From an uncultured Erysipelotrichaceae bacterium (GTDB taxonomy: Bacteria > Bacillota_I > Bacilli_A > Erysipelotrichales > Erysipelotrichaceae), in the NCBI GenBank assembly GCA_964401865.1, contig CAYNZZ010000007.1:30001-62000 (forward strand): DNA of 32,000 nucleotides, in the 5' to 3' direction. This document shows positions 7,886 to 17,805 of this stretch, piece by piece (the first letter of the stretch is position 1; every line of letters starts with the position of its first letter). The notes beneath the pieces were generated by a model that was not told the origin of the DNA, did no database searches, and saw only the letters and a list, made by a program, of their open reading frames with translations. The translations under genes were made by a program, and so were the position numbers.

Positions 7886-8760
7886 CAAAAGAGAAACGAT
7901 TGGGTCGTGGTTTAAGTGCTATATTTGGTGATGATATAGATGCAGTATTGGATGATATCTCTAATAATGAAAGTGATATCAAAGGACAAAAAACTACCGT
8001 TAAATTATCCGAAATACGTCCTAATCCATATCAGCCTCGTAAAGTATTTGATGAAGAATCATTAAAAGAGTTGGCTGATTCAATCAAAGAACATGGTGTA
8101 TTTCAACCGGTATTAGTTAGAAAAAGCATCTCTGGTTATGAGTTGATTGCTGGTGAGAGAAGAACACGTGCCAGCAAGATGATCGGACTTGAAGAGATTC
8201 CGGCTATTATCTTAGATTTCAATGATCAGGAGATGATGGAGATTTCTCTTTTAGAGAATATTCAAAGGGAAGATTTATCTATCATTGAAGAGGCAAAAGC
8301 CTATGAAAAACTTATTACCAATCTTCATTACACCCAAGAAGAACTGGCGAAAAGAGTGGCTAAGTCAAGAAGTTATATTACTAATACTTTACGTTTATTA
8401 AAACTGAATGTCGAAGTTCAAAAATTATTAGAGAATAAGAGTTTGAGTTACGGTCATGCTCGTGCTTTAATCAATATTGAAGATGAGGACAAACAAGTTG
8501 AATTAGCTAAGAAAGTTATTAGCGATAATTTAACGGTAAGAGATATCGAAAGATTGGCTAATAGTGAAAAAACAGTGGTCAAGCCAAAGAAAAAAGATGT
8601 CGATCCATATTTACAGGATGTAAGACATCAATTGGAGAAGAAATTATCTACAAATGTTGAAGTGACAAATCGTCATTTCACCGTTCACTACAATGATACA
8701 GAAGATTTAAATCGTATTTTAGAATTATTAGATTGTTTGGAGGTTTCTTACGATGAATGA
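7882..8760 (+). CDS. spo0J: Chromosome partitioning protein ParB/Spo0J
   Basis: PNPYQPR, IAGERRTRA and LENIQREDL boxes, plus an HTH. ATG 7882 overlaps the parA stop (ATGA) with a GGGAGA Shine-Dalgarno 6 nt upstream. ATG 7876 is also possible. Confidence 0.92.
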   Translation: MTKEKRLGRGLSAIFGDDIDAVLDDISNNESDIKGQKTTVKLSEIRPNPYQPRKVFDEESLKELADSIKEHGVFQPVLVRKSISGYELIAGERRTRASKMIGLEEIPAIILDFNDQEMMEISLLENIQREDLSIIEEAKAYEKLITNLHYTQEELAKRVAKSRSYITNTLRLLKLNVEVQKLLENKSLSYGHARALINIEDEDKQVELAKKVISDNLTVRDIERLANSEKTVVKPKKKDVDPYLQDVRHQLEKKLSTNVEVTNRHFTVHYNDTEDLNRILELLDCLEVSYDE

Positions 8761-9979
8761 ATTAGAACTACTTAAAGAAATAGAGTATGTGCGTTTTGGC
8801 GGCACAAAACAAGAATACAAAACTGCTCTATGGATTAAAGAAAAATTAGCTGAACTTGGGATTGATAGCAAGTACGAGCCATTTAAAGTAAATGCATCTG
8901 TCATTTCTAAACAGACATTAAAAGTTACAAAACCTTATGAAGAAGAAATTGAGACCAAGGCTTATTTCTGCAGCCCAAGTGTCAAAGAGCTAAAAGCACC
9001 TTTATATTATTGCCCAAATACTGATGAAATTTCATTGAGTAAAGTTAGAGGCAAGATAGTGATGGTCGATGGATATTTAGGTTATTGGCGCTATAAGGAT
9101 TTATATGATAATAAGGCAGTTGGTATTATTGTGCATAATGGCGATTTATATGATGACAACAAAGATATTGACCAAAGAGAAATCCGCGAACAGTTACAAG
9201 AAGTCGGTTTACTTCCAGTTGTTCAAGTAAATACTAAAGATGCATATAAACTTGTGCAAAATGGTGCAGAAGAAGTATGTATTAGCATCGAAAGCAAAGA
9301 TGTAAATGCTCAAAGTGGCAACGTTATATGCGATCTTAAGGGCAAGAGTGATAAAACTATTATCTTTACTGCTCATTATGATTCGACATGGCTATCTAAA
9401 GGTGCATACGATAATGCTACAGGAACAATTGGTCTTTTAAAGATTGCTCAGTACTTTAAGATTTATCGCCCATACCACAATTTGCGTTTTGTATTCTGTG
9501 GAAGTGAAGAAAGAGGTCTTTTAGGTTCTAAGGCTTATGTCAAAGCTCATGAAGAAGAATTAAAAGATATTGCCCTATGTATCAATCTAGATATGATTGG
9601 TTCTACAATGGGCCAATTCGGTGCTTTTGTAACTGCTGATAACGAACTGGTTTCATATGTAAAATATTTGGCATGTGAAAAAGGTTTCCCATTAACATCT
9701 ATGCAAGAGGTTTATTCTAGCGACTCTACACCTTTTGCGGATAAAGGAGTTCCTGCGCTTTCATTTGCCAGAAATACGCATATTACACCTATTCATTGCC
9801 ATCACGACACTATTGAATCTCTATCTTTGAAACACATGCAAGAAGATATTGAATTCATTATTGAATTTACTAAGAGAATGGCTAATGCTAAAGTGTTCCC
9901 GGTTAAACATGAAATTCCAGAGAATATGAAAGAGCAGTTAGACATATATATGTGTCGTAAGAGAAATGATTTAAAATAA
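8753..9979 (+). CDS. M28-family metallopeptidase (aminopeptidase) with a PA-like insert
   Basis: Motifs FTAHYDS, DNATG, CGSEERGLLGS and NLDMIG. The start overlaps the parB stop. GGAGG Shine-Dalgarno at 8739-8743. Confidence 0.8.
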   Translation: MNELELLKEIEYVRFGGTKQEYKTALWIKEKLAELGIDSKYEPFKVNASVISKQTLKVTKPYEEEIETKAYFCSPSVKELKAPLYYCPNTDEISLSKVRGKIVMVDGYLGYWRYKDLYDNKAVGIIVHNGDLYDDNKDIDQREIREQLQEVGLLPVVQVNTKDAYKLVQNGAEEVCISIESKDVNAQSGNVICDLKGKSDKTIIFTAHYDSTWLSKGAYDNATGTIGLLKIAQYFKIYRPYHNLRFVFCGSEERGLLGSKAYVKAHEEELKDIALCINLDMIGSTMGQFGAFVTADNELVSYVKYLACEKGFPLTSMQEVYSSDSTPFADKGVPALSFARNTHITPIHCHHDTIESLSLKHMQEDIEFIIEFTKRMANAKVFPVKHEIPENMKEQLDIYMCRKRNDLK

Positions 9980-9992
9980 TCTTTAATAAAAC

Positions 9993-10037
9993 AAAACTAG
10001 AATTTAGGCAAAGCGTTTCTGAATTTTAGTTTTTTTT
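9993..10037 (+). terminator. Rho-independent terminator after the rsmG-to-peptidase operon
   Basis: 12-bp AT-rich stem (9993-10004 with 10022-10033, one G-U pair) followed by a run of T. Confidence 0.5.
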
Positions 10038-10065
10038 AAGTTCAAAAAGTAGTAGAATTATTTCT

Positions 10066-11424
10066 ATGAAAACAAAAATTGACATTTTAAATGGTTCGAT
10101 ATATAAGACCATCCTTTATATCTTTTTCCCCATTATGTTTGGAAGCCTTTTTCAACAACTCTACAATACTGTTGATGCGATTGTAGTTGGCAATTTCGTC
10201 GGCAAAGAAGCACTTGGTGCTGTTGGCGGATCGACTGGGCAATTAATAAATTTATTAGTTGGTTTCATCACCGGTTTGGCATCTGGTGCAACGGTGGTAA
10301 TTGCGCAATACTATGGCAACCGTGAAAGAGAAGGCGTAAGCAAGAGCGTTAAATCCGGCATGTTTATGGCTATTGTCTTAGGAGCGGTTATGATGTTTAT
10401 CGGCATTTACTTTGCACCTGAACTTTTACATATGATGCAAGTGCCTGATGATGTATATGGATATGCTTTGACATATATGCAGGTATATTTTGTCGGTTTG
10501 ATTCCTTCGATGATTTATAATATGGGCGCTGGTATTTTAAGAGCGATAGGCGACTCAAAAAGACCGCTTTATTTTTTGATTGCTTCATGTATTACTAATA
10601 TCGTATTAGATTTATTGCTGGTGGTGGTATTTAATATGGAAGTATTTGGAGTAGCGATTGCTACTGTAATATCCCAAGTAGTTAGTTGTGTATTGTCACT
10701 ATATGTTTTAAGCAAGACCGAAGACAGCTATCATTTCACATTAAAAGAGACATCGTGCAATTTTGATGTCTTATCAAGAATAATTATTATCGGTTTGCCT
10801 ACTGGCATTCAGTCTTGTTTATATAGTATTTCAAACATCTTTATTCAAACGACGGTCAATGGCTTCCAGACCGATACTCTTTCAGCTTTTACGGCATTTG
10901 GCAAAATTGATGCAATATTTTGGTTGATATCGGGAGCCTATGGCGTGGCATTAATGACTTTTGTCGGTCAAAATTTTGGGGCTGGCAATATGGACAGAGT
11001 TAAAAAAGGCATTAAAGCCGGATTTGTTCTTGAAGGGATTACCGCTGTATTGTTGAGTTTTGTTATGTATTTCTTTGGTTCATTTTTCATTATGCTTTTC
11101 TCAAAAGAGACAGCAGTCATCGAAATAGGTGTATCAATTCTTAAATTCCTATGTCCATTCTATGTGGCTTTTATCTTTGTGGAGATATTGTCTTCAAGCA
11201 TTAGAGCTTGTGGAGATTCCTTGTTTCCGATGATTATTTCTGGCGTGGGAATTTGTGGCTTTAGAATTATTTATCTATCTTCAGTTAATTTTTCAACCGT
11301 TTTAGAAGCCTTATTTTGTTATCCGTTATCTTGGGTACTCACAAGTATTATTTTCATAGTTTACTATATCCAAGGCTCTTGGTTAAAACGCAGTTTAAAA
11401 AAGCGCGAGATGTTAATGCGCTAA
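10066..11424 (+). CDS. MATE family efflux transporter
   Basis: 452 aa with about 12 TM segments. N-terminal MATE signature P.MFGSLFQQLYNTVDAIVVGNFVGKEALGAVG. No obvious Shine-Dalgarno. Confidence 0.85.
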   Translation: MKTKIDILNGSIYKTILYIFFPIMFGSLFQQLYNTVDAIVVGNFVGKEALGAVGGSTGQLINLLVGFITGLASGATVVIAQYYGNREREGVSKSVKSGMFMAIVLGAVMMFIGIYFAPELLHMMQVPDDVYGYALTYMQVYFVGLIPSMIYNMGAGILRAIGDSKRPLYFLIASCITNIVLDLLLVVVFNMEVFGVAIATVISQVVSCVLSLYVLSKTEDSYHFTLKETSCNFDVLSRIIIIGLPTGIQSCLYSISNIFIQTTVNGFQTDTLSAFTAFGKIDAIFWLISGAYGVALMTFVGQNFGAGNMDRVKKGIKAGFVLEGITAVLLSFVMYFFGSFFIMLFSKETAVIEIGVSILKFLCPFYVAFIFVEILSSSIRACGDSLFPMIISGVGICGFRIIYLSSVNFSTVLEALFCYPLSWVLTSIIFIVYYIQGSWLKRSLKKREMLMR

Positions 11425-11429
11425 TTAAT

Positions 11430-11870
11430 TTAAGCAAAAAATTTTGCAATTTTAGAGATGATGAATATGTTGGTTGTTTGATATGAACGCGCTTTGATAC
11501 ATGAGTATGTCGATAATATGACAATAGATAATATCACCAATAAGTACAATAAACTGATGACAAAGTTCACAGTCTGATTGCTCAATAAACCTAGAGAGTT
11601 AGATAAAAGAACAATTATTTCAAACAAGATGGGCAGGGCAACATTTAAAATGATTGATTGAGTGGCGTGGAATCTAACCAAGTCACTCTTTTTTTCAAAG
11701 AAATAGAAAATAAAAGGCGAAAAGACCAAGATGTATCCGATAATGCTTGGCATAGTAATGAAACTGGCAATTACTAAATAGGCTAGTGGGATGAGATATG
11801 TGATCATGGAAATTACATTGGCATTTAAACCGAAAGTGGAGCTTTGATTATTTGTTTTTTTACTAGGCAT
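11430..11870 (-). CDS. Small integral membrane protein (possibly DUF4870/Tic20-like)
   Basis: 146 aa with four hydrophobic segments. FHATQS motif. AAGGAG Shine-Dalgarno upstream. The family assignment is tentative. Confidence 0.6.
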   Translation of the reverse strand: MPSKKTNNQSSTFGLNANVISMITYLIPLAYLVIASFITMPSIIGYILVFSPFIFYFFEKKSDLVRFHATQSIILNVALPILFEIIVLLSNSLGLLSNQTVNFVISLLYLLVILSIVILSTYSCIKARSYQTTNIFIISKIAKFFA

Positions 11871-11924
11871 AACTATATTTCTCCTTTATAAATAAGAGCT
11901 TTTATTATATCATTAAAGACGGGG

Positions 11925-13088
11925 ATGGTAAAAATTATGGAAGATAATAAAGAAAAAATTACTCTTACTCTCAACGCCAGTGCTGAGGAAGAGGAAGTAG
12001 AAGAAAACACAAAAGATATAGATATTGAACAAGTGGAGTTTGATGATAGTTCACTTTCTGATGAAGAAAAAAAGATGGTTGATGATTTTTCAAAACAAAT
12101 TGATATTATGGATACTTCAGCTATTATTCAATATGGAGCTGGTGCTCAAAATAAAGTTGCCGACTTTTCAGAGAACGCTTTGAAAAATGTTAAGACTAAA
12201 GAATTGGGTGACGTCGGCGATATGATGAGTGAATTGATCGGCGAACTCAAAGGCTTTGAGATCGAAGAAAAAGATAATGGTATTTTAGGTTTTTTCAAAA
12301 AAGGGGCAAATAAAGTAACAAACTTTAAGACTCGCTATGACAGTGCTGCTAAAAATGTTGATAAGATAGCCAAAGCTTTAGAAGATCATCAAATTGTTCT
12401 TTTAAAAGATATTGCCTTATTAGATCAATTATATGAAAAGAACTTAGTTAATTTTAAAGAATTGACTATGTATATTTTAGCTGGTCAAAAACGTCTTGAA
12501 GAAATCAAAGAAAAAGATTTACCAGCCGCAATTCAAAAGGCTGAAAAAAGTGGTTTGCCAGAAGATGCACAAGCTGCTAATGACCTATCAAACGCCATCA
12601 ATCGCTTTGAAAAGAAATTACATGATTTAGAGCTTACAAGAGTGGTATCGATTCAAATGGCACCACAGATTCGTTTAGTTCAAAATAACGATACAATGAT
12701 GACGGAGAAGATTCAGTCAACTCTAGTTAATACAATTCCATTATGGAAATCACAGATGCTTATTTCTTTAGGCATTTCTCATTCTAAAGAAGCTATCAAG
12801 GCTCAAAACGAAGTTACAGAAATGACCAATAAGATGCTTAAACAAAATGCTGAAACTTTGAAAATGGCAACAATTGAAACTGCTAAAGAATCAGAAAAAG
12901 GAATTGTTGATATTGAGACATTGACTGAAACTAATAAGAAATTGATTGAGACATTAGATGAAGTTAAACATATTCAAGAAGAAGGAAGAGAAAAACGTGC
13001 TCAAGCTCAAGTTGAATTACGCAGAATCGAAACAGAGCTAAATCAAAAACTTGCTAACATTGAAGGAGAACAGAAAGGCGCAAAATAA
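11925..13088 (+). CDS. TelA/YaaN-like toxic anion resistance family protein
   Basis: Acidic N-terminus followed by a long helical protein. The length and pattern (IIQYGAGAQNKVADFSE..., LTRVVSIQMAPQIRLVQNND) are typical of TelA. An alternative ATG is at 11937. Confidence 0.7.
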   Translation: MVKIMEDNKEKITLTLNASAEEEEVEENTKDIDIEQVEFDDSSLSDEEKKMVDDFSKQIDIMDTSAIIQYGAGAQNKVADFSENALKNVKTKELGDVGDMMSELIGELKGFEIEEKDNGILGFFKKGANKVTNFKTRYDSAAKNVDKIAKALEDHQIVLLKDIALLDQLYEKNLVNFKELTMYILAGQKRLEEIKEKDLPAAIQKAEKSGLPEDAQAANDLSNAINRFEKKLHDLELTRVVSIQMAPQIRLVQNNDTMMTEKIQSTLVNTIPLWKSQMLISLGISHSKEAIKAQNEVTEMTNKMLKQNAETLKMATIETAKESEKGIVDIETLTETNKKLIETLDEVKHIQEEGREKRAQAQVELRRIETELNQKLANIEGEQKGAK

Positions 13089-13107
13089 GCGTCTTTTGTA
13101 TATACTT

Positions 13108-14067
13108 ATGAAATATGTTGATATGCATTCGGATACCATTACTAAATTGCTCAGAAAAGAAGATAATGGTGAAAGTTCATCGCTTTTAAGTAATAATCTG
13201 CACATTGATATTACAAAGTTGAAAAAGAGTGGATACTTAATTCAGAATTTTGCGATTTTTACTCCCGTCAATTATGAAGAAAAGCCTCAACATTTTGCTC
13301 TTAGGGCCATTGATAAATTTTATCGTGAGATAGATGCTAATAGAGGCGATATTCAAGTGATAAGAAAGTATGAAGATATTGCTAAAGACAAAATCAATGC
13401 ATTATTGACCATCGAAGATATTTCTATTATTTATGATGATTTGGCATTGCTTAGAATTTTATATCGATTAGGAGTTAGAATGGTTGGTTTAACTTGGAAT
13501 TTCAAAACGAGCGTCGGCTATCCCAATATTGATATGAGCAATGGCTCAAGAGTAGATATTAGACATACAGATAAGGTAAACGGCTTAACTGATTTTGGAA
13601 AAGAAATTGTTAAGGAGTGTGAGAGATTGGGCATAATTGTCGATGTTTCACATTTATCTGATAAAGGGTTTTGGGATGTTTATGATTTAAGTGCCAAACC
13701 TTTTGTGGCATCACATTCAAATGCTAGGATGATATGCGATGTTGCCAGAAATCTCGACGATGAGATGATAAAAGCACTTCATTATAAAGGTGGAGTTATG
13801 GGCATAAATTTCTGCAAGGACTTTATATCTGATAGCGGAAGTGTTAAAGATATTATAAGACATATCGATCATATCAAGGAAGTAGCGGGCATTGATGTCA
13901 TTGGTTTAGGTAGTGATTTTGATGGCATTGAAGATAGAGATGATTTAAAAGATGCGTCGTGTTTAAATGAATTGAGCAGTGCATTATACGAACATGGATA
14001 TAAAAACGAAGAAATCGAAAAAATGATGTATGGCAATGTATTGCGTGTCTATAAAGATATTCTTTGA
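13108..14067 (+). CDS. Membrane (renal-type) dipeptidase, peptidase M19 family
   Basis: VDMHSDT at the N-terminus, then GLTWNF, DVSHLSDKGF, ASHSNAR and GLGSDFDG. ATG 13108 is chosen so the gene does not overlap telA. The Shine-Dalgarno is weak. Confidence 0.8.
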   Translation: MKYVDMHSDTITKLLRKEDNGESSSLLSNNLHIDITKLKKSGYLIQNFAIFTPVNYEEKPQHFALRAIDKFYREIDANRGDIQVIRKYEDIAKDKINALLTIEDISIIYDDLALLRILYRLGVRMVGLTWNFKTSVGYPNIDMSNGSRVDIRHTDKVNGLTDFGKEIVKECERLGIIVDVSHLSDKGFWDVYDLSAKPFVASHSNARMICDVARNLDDEMIKALHYKGGVMGINFCKDFISDSGSVKDIIRHIDHIKEVAGIDVIGLGSDFDGIEDRDDLKDASCLNELSSALYEHGYKNEEIEKMMYGNVLRVYKDIL

Positions 14068-14098
14068 TATAATGAACAGGCAAAGGAGTTTTTACAAT

Positions 14099-14743
14099 AT
14101 GATAGAGGGCATAATATTTGATTTAGATGGAACATTAATTGATACCATCGGCGATATCGGCAATAGTGCAAATTCGGTGCTTGAAGATTATGGCTATCCT
14201 ATCCATAGCATTGAAGAGTACAAATTAATGGTTGGGCATGGTTTTATGAACCTAATTAAAAAGGCTATGCCAAGTGGTTTGAATGATGATGTATACGAAG
14301 AAGCATTATCGAAATTCAGATACTATTATGATCAGTTATATATGGATACTACTCACCCTTATGATGGAATAGAAAATCTTTTAGTTGAGCTTCAAAATAA
14401 AGGGATTAAATTGGCAGTTAATTCTAATAAACAAGATGATTATACAAAAAGTTTAATTGAACATTGTTTTGAAAATATTGATTTTGTGGCAGTTATCGGT
14501 TCAAGAGAAGGTGTGCCAAATAAACCTGATCCTACTACTGCTCTTGAAATCGTTGACATAATGGGTTTGACTAAGGATAAGGTGCTTTATGTCGGTGATA
14601 GTGAAACAGATATTATGACCGGCAAGAATGCCGATTTAAAGACCATTGGCGTATCTTGGGGTTTTAGGAGTATTGAAGTTTTAAAAGAAGTAAATGCTGA
14701 TGTAATTATTGATAGTGCCGAAGAACTTATTAGATATCTGTAA
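14099..14743 (+). CDS. HAD-superfamily hydrolase (phosphoglycolate phosphatase/PpaX-like)
   Basis: Motif I FDLDGTLIDT at residues 7-16, NSNK, and GDSETDIMTGKNA. AAAGGAG Shine-Dalgarno at 14082-14088. Confidence 0.8.
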   Translation: MIEGIIFDLDGTLIDTIGDIGNSANSVLEDYGYPIHSIEEYKLMVGHGFMNLIKKAMPSGLNDDVYEEALSKFRYYYDQLYMDTTHPYDGIENLLVELQNKGIKLAVNSNKQDDYTKSLIEHCFENIDFVAVIGSREGVPNKPDPTTALEIVDIMGLTKDKVLYVGDSETDIMTGKNADLKTIGVSWGFRSIEVLKEVNADVIIDSAEELIRYL

Positions 14744-14769
14744 TACTTACAAAATTATGTAAAATCAAA

Positions 14770-14800
14770 ATATCAGTTTAATTATGAACTGATATTTTTT
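14770..14800 (+). terminator. Rho-independent terminator
   Basis: The 9-bp arms ATATCAGTT and AACTGATAT flank an 8-nt loop and are followed by TTTTTT. Confidence 0.65.
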
Positions 14801-14833
14801 AATGTGGCGATTATGCTTTAAAATGGCATAGTA

Positions 14834-14847
14834 TGAAAACGATTTCA
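14834..14847. promoter_or_regulatory. cre-like / LacI-family operator 1
   Basis: TGAAAACGATTTCA fits every specified position of the cre consensus TGWAANCGNTNWCA. Confidence 0.6.
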
Positions 14848-14865
14848 AAATATCTGGTGATAACA

Positions 14866-14894
14866 TTGAAAGCGATTTCTTTTTATTGTATTAT
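14866..14894 (+). promoter_or_regulatory. Promoter of the mgl-like operon with an overlapping cre-like operator 2
   Basis: -35 TTGAAA (14866-14871), a 17-nt spacer, then -10 TATTAT (14889-14894). Operator TGAAAGCGATTTCT lies at 14867-14880. Confidence 0.6.
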
Positions 14895-14925
14895 GTAGTT
14901 GGATGAAAATCCGAAGGAGAAGAAA

Positions 14926-16197
14926 ATGAAAAAAATATTAGCTTTGGCTATGGCTGTGTTTATGGTTTTCGGACTCGCAGCTTGTAGCAATAACAGCACT
15001 CCAAACAATGGTGGCAACACTAATGGTGGAGAAACTGTTAAAAATGCTGAAAAACCATTGGTTTGGTTTAACCGTCAACCTTCAAATAGTTCAACTGGTG
15101 AACTAGATATGAATGCCCTAACTTTCAATGACGATACTTATTATGTAGGTTTCGACGCTAACCAAGGTGCTGAACTACAAGGTCAAATGATTAAAGATTA
15201 CATTGAAGCAAATATCGAAACATTAGATCGTAATGGCGATGGTGTTATCGGTTATGTATTAGCGATCGGTGATATTGGACATAATGACTCAATCGCTCGT
15301 ACAAGAGGTGTTCGTAAAGCTTTAGGTACTGCTGTTGAAAACAACGGTGAAGTTGTAAGTGATCCAGTTGGCATCAATGTTGATGGAAGTGCTACTGCTG
15401 TTCAAGATGGTACATTAGAAATCAATGGTAAAACATATACTGTAAGAGAACTTGCTTCTCAAGAAATGAAGAATACTTCAGGTGCTACTTGGGACGCTTC
15501 TACTGCTGGTAATACGATCGGTACATGGACAGCTTCATTCGGTGATCAAATCGATATCGTAGCTTCTAATAACGATGGTATGGGTATGTCAATGTTCAAT
15601 GCTTGGTCAAAAGAAAATAAAGTTCCTACATTCGGTTACGATGCTAACTCTGATGCAGTAGCTGCAATCGCTGAAGGATATGGTGGAACTATTTCTCAAC
15701 ACGCTGATGTTCAAGCTTACTTAACACTTCGTGTATTGCGTAACGCTCTTGATGGTGTTGATGTAGATACAGGTATTGGTACACCAGATGATGCTGGTAA
15801 CGTATTATCTTCTGAAGATTACAAATATGATGCTACTAGCCGTTCATACTATGCATTGAACCTAGCTGTTACATCTGAAAACTATCAAGATTTCTTAGAT
15901 TCAACAGTTCCTTACGCTCCAGTTGCTAACCAATTAAGCGAAGAAGCTCATGCTAAGAAAAATGTATGGTTAAATATCTATAATGCTTCAGATAACTTCT
16001 TAAGTTCAACTTATCAACCACTTCTTCAAAAATACGATGATCTTTTAAACTTAAATGTTGAATACATCGGTGGAGATGGACAAACAGAATCTAATATTAC
16101 TAACCGTCTTGCAAATCCTGACCAATATGATGCATTCGCAATCAATATGGTTAAGACAGACAATGCGGCTTCTTACATGGCATTACTTGGCCAATAA
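14926..16197 (+). CDS. Sugar ABC transporter substrate-binding lipoprotein (type I periplasmic-binding fold, MglB-like)
   Basis: Signal peptide with lipobox FGLAAC, followed by an N/G/T-rich linker. GAAGGAGA Shine-Dalgarno before ATG 14926. First gene of the SBP, ATPase, permease operon. Confidence 0.8.
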   Translation: MKKILALAMAVFMVFGLAACSNNSTPNNGGNTNGGETVKNAEKPLVWFNRQPSNSSTGELDMNALTFNDDTYYVGFDANQGAELQGQMIKDYIEANIETLDRNGDGVIGYVLAIGDIGHNDSIARTRGVRKALGTAVENNGEVVSDPVGINVDGSATAVQDGTLEINGKTYTVRELASQEMKNTSGATWDASTAGNTIGTWTASFGDQIDIVASNNDGMGMSMFNAWSKENKVPTFGYDANSDAVAAIAEGYGGTISQHADVQAYLTLRVLRNALDGVDVDTGIGTPDDAGNVLSSEDYKYDATSRSYYALNLAVTSENYQDFLDSTVPYAPVANQLSEEAHAKKNVWLNIYNASDNFLSSTYQPLLQKYDDLLNLNVEYIGGDGQTESNITNRLANPDQYDAFAINMVKTDNAASYMALLGQ

Positions 16198-16224
16198 TTA
16201 GTATTAAATAATACAAGTAAAAAT

Positions 16225-16252
16225 TATTAGGGAGGAGTAATTCTCCCTAATA
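16225..16252 (+). other. Intercistronic stem-loop between the binding-protein and ATPase genes
   Basis: TATTAGGGAG gagtaatt CTCCCTAATA, a 10-bp stem. The following T-tract is poor (TTATTATT). Confidence 0.5.
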
Positions 16253-16283
16253 TTATTATTAGAGCATAAACGGGAGAAAACTT

Positions 16284-17792
16284 ATGGCAGATAAGAAAGA
16301 TGAAATTGTCTTATCAATACGTGGAATGAGTAAATCATTTGGTCGTAACCGTGTTTTGGATCACATTGATTTAGATGTGAAAGCCGGAACGGTTATGGGC
16401 CTTATGGGTGAAAATGGTGCCGGTAAGTCCACTATGATGAAATGTCTTTTTGGTACATATCAAAAGGATGAAGGTAAGGTTTATTTAGATGGCAAAGAGA
16501 TTAATTTCTCTGGCCCTAAAGATGCGCTTGAAAATGGTATTGCGATGGTGCATCAGGAATTAAATCAATGCCTTGAAAGAAATGTCATGGACAACTTATT
16601 CTTAGGTCGTTATCCAACTAATTCAATGGGCGTAATTGATGAAGATCGAATGAAAAAGAAGTCATCTGAGTTATTTAGAAAGCTTGGTATGACTGTCAAT
16701 TTAACACAACCGATGCGCAATATGTCAGTATCACAAAGACAGATGTGTGAAATCGCAAGAGCAATTTCTTATAATTCTAAGGTAATTGTATTGGATGAGC
16801 CTACCTCTTCTTTAACAGTGCAAGAAGTTGATAAATTATTCAAAATGATGCGCATGCTTAAAGAACAGGGTATTGCTCTTATCTACATTTCTCATAAGAT
16901 GGATGAAATATTTGATATTTGTGATGAAGTATCAGTGTTGAGAGATGGTAAGATGGTAATGACAAAAGCTACCAAAGAAACTAATATGAATGAATTAATT
17001 GCCGCAATGGTTGGTCGTTCATTGGAAAATCGTTTTCCACCTGTTGATAATATACCTGGTGAACCTATTCTTTCAATTCAACATCTTTCAACTAAGTTTG
17101 AACCGCATTTGCAAGATATCTCTTTTGATGTTAAAAAAGGTGAAATCTTTGGTTTGTATGGACTAGTGGGAGCTGGAAGAACAGAGTTACTAGAAACTAT
17201 CTTCGGTGTTAGAACTAGAGCTTCAGGAAGAGTTTATTTTAACAATAAACTAATGAATTTCAATAGTGCTAAAGAGGCGATCGAACATGGCTTTGCGATG
17301 ATTACTGAAGAGCGCAAGGCTGATGGTTTATTCTTGAAATGTGATTTGACTTTTAATACTACTATTGCAAATCTACCTCAATATAAGGATGGTTTTGCAC
17401 TTTCTGATCAAAAGATGGTTAAAGCGACACAAAAAGAAATCAATATCATGAGAACTAAATGTATGGGTCCAAATGATGCGATTACTAGTTTATCCGGTGG
17501 TAACCAGCAAAAGGTTATTTTTGGTAAATGGCTAGAAAGATCGCCACAAGTATTCATGATGGATGAACCTACAAGAGGCATTGATGTAGGTGCGAAATAT
17601 GAAATCTATGAATTAATCATCAAGATGGCAAAGCAGGGTAAAACAATTATTATTGTTTCATCGGAAATGCCGGAAATACTAGGATTGACTAATCGTGTTG
17701 GTGTTATGTCTAATGGACGTCTAGCAGGAATTGTCAATACTAAAGAAACTAATCAGGAAGAGCTATTAAGACTCAGTGCAAAATACCTATAA
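16284..17792 (+). CDS. mglA: Galactose/methyl-galactoside-type ABC transporter ATP-binding protein (tandem ABC domains)
   Basis: Long collinear matches to E. coli MglA: LMGENGAGKST..KCLFG.YQKD.G, VMDN..LGRYPT, SVSQRQM.EIA.A, ISHKMDEIF and LSGGNQQKV. Confidence 0.9.
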   Translation: MADKKDEIVLSIRGMSKSFGRNRVLDHIDLDVKAGTVMGLMGENGAGKSTMMKCLFGTYQKDEGKVYLDGKEINFSGPKDALENGIAMVHQELNQCLERNVMDNLFLGRYPTNSMGVIDEDRMKKKSSELFRKLGMTVNLTQPMRNMSVSQRQMCEIARAISYNSKVIVLDEPTSSLTVQEVDKLFKMMRMLKEQGIALIYISHKMDEIFDICDEVSVLRDGKMVMTKATKETNMNELIAAMVGRSLENRFPPVDNIPGEPILSIQHLSTKFEPHLQDISFDVKKGEIFGLYGLVGAGRTELLETIFGVRTRASGRVYFNNKLMNFNSAKEAIEHGFAMITEERKADGLFLKCDLTFNTTIANLPQYKDGFALSDQKMVKATQKEINIMRTKCMGPNDAITSLSGGNQQKVIFGKWLERSPQVFMMDEPTRGIDVGAKYEIYELIIKMAKQGKTIIIVSSEMPEILGLTNRVGVMSNGRLAGIVNTKETNQEELLRLSAKYL

Positions 17793-17805
17793 AAGGAGAT
17801 AGATT

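Noticed and set aside
7106-8760. parS site (TGTTNCACGTGAAACA) expected in or near parB
   Set aside because: By eye, the only CACGTG-containing stretch in this region (about 8163-8172, AGAACACGTGCCAG) does not match the flanking parS half-sites. Another CACGTG at about 771-776 also fails. A formal pattern scan allowing 2-3 mismatches is needed before concluding that parS is absent.
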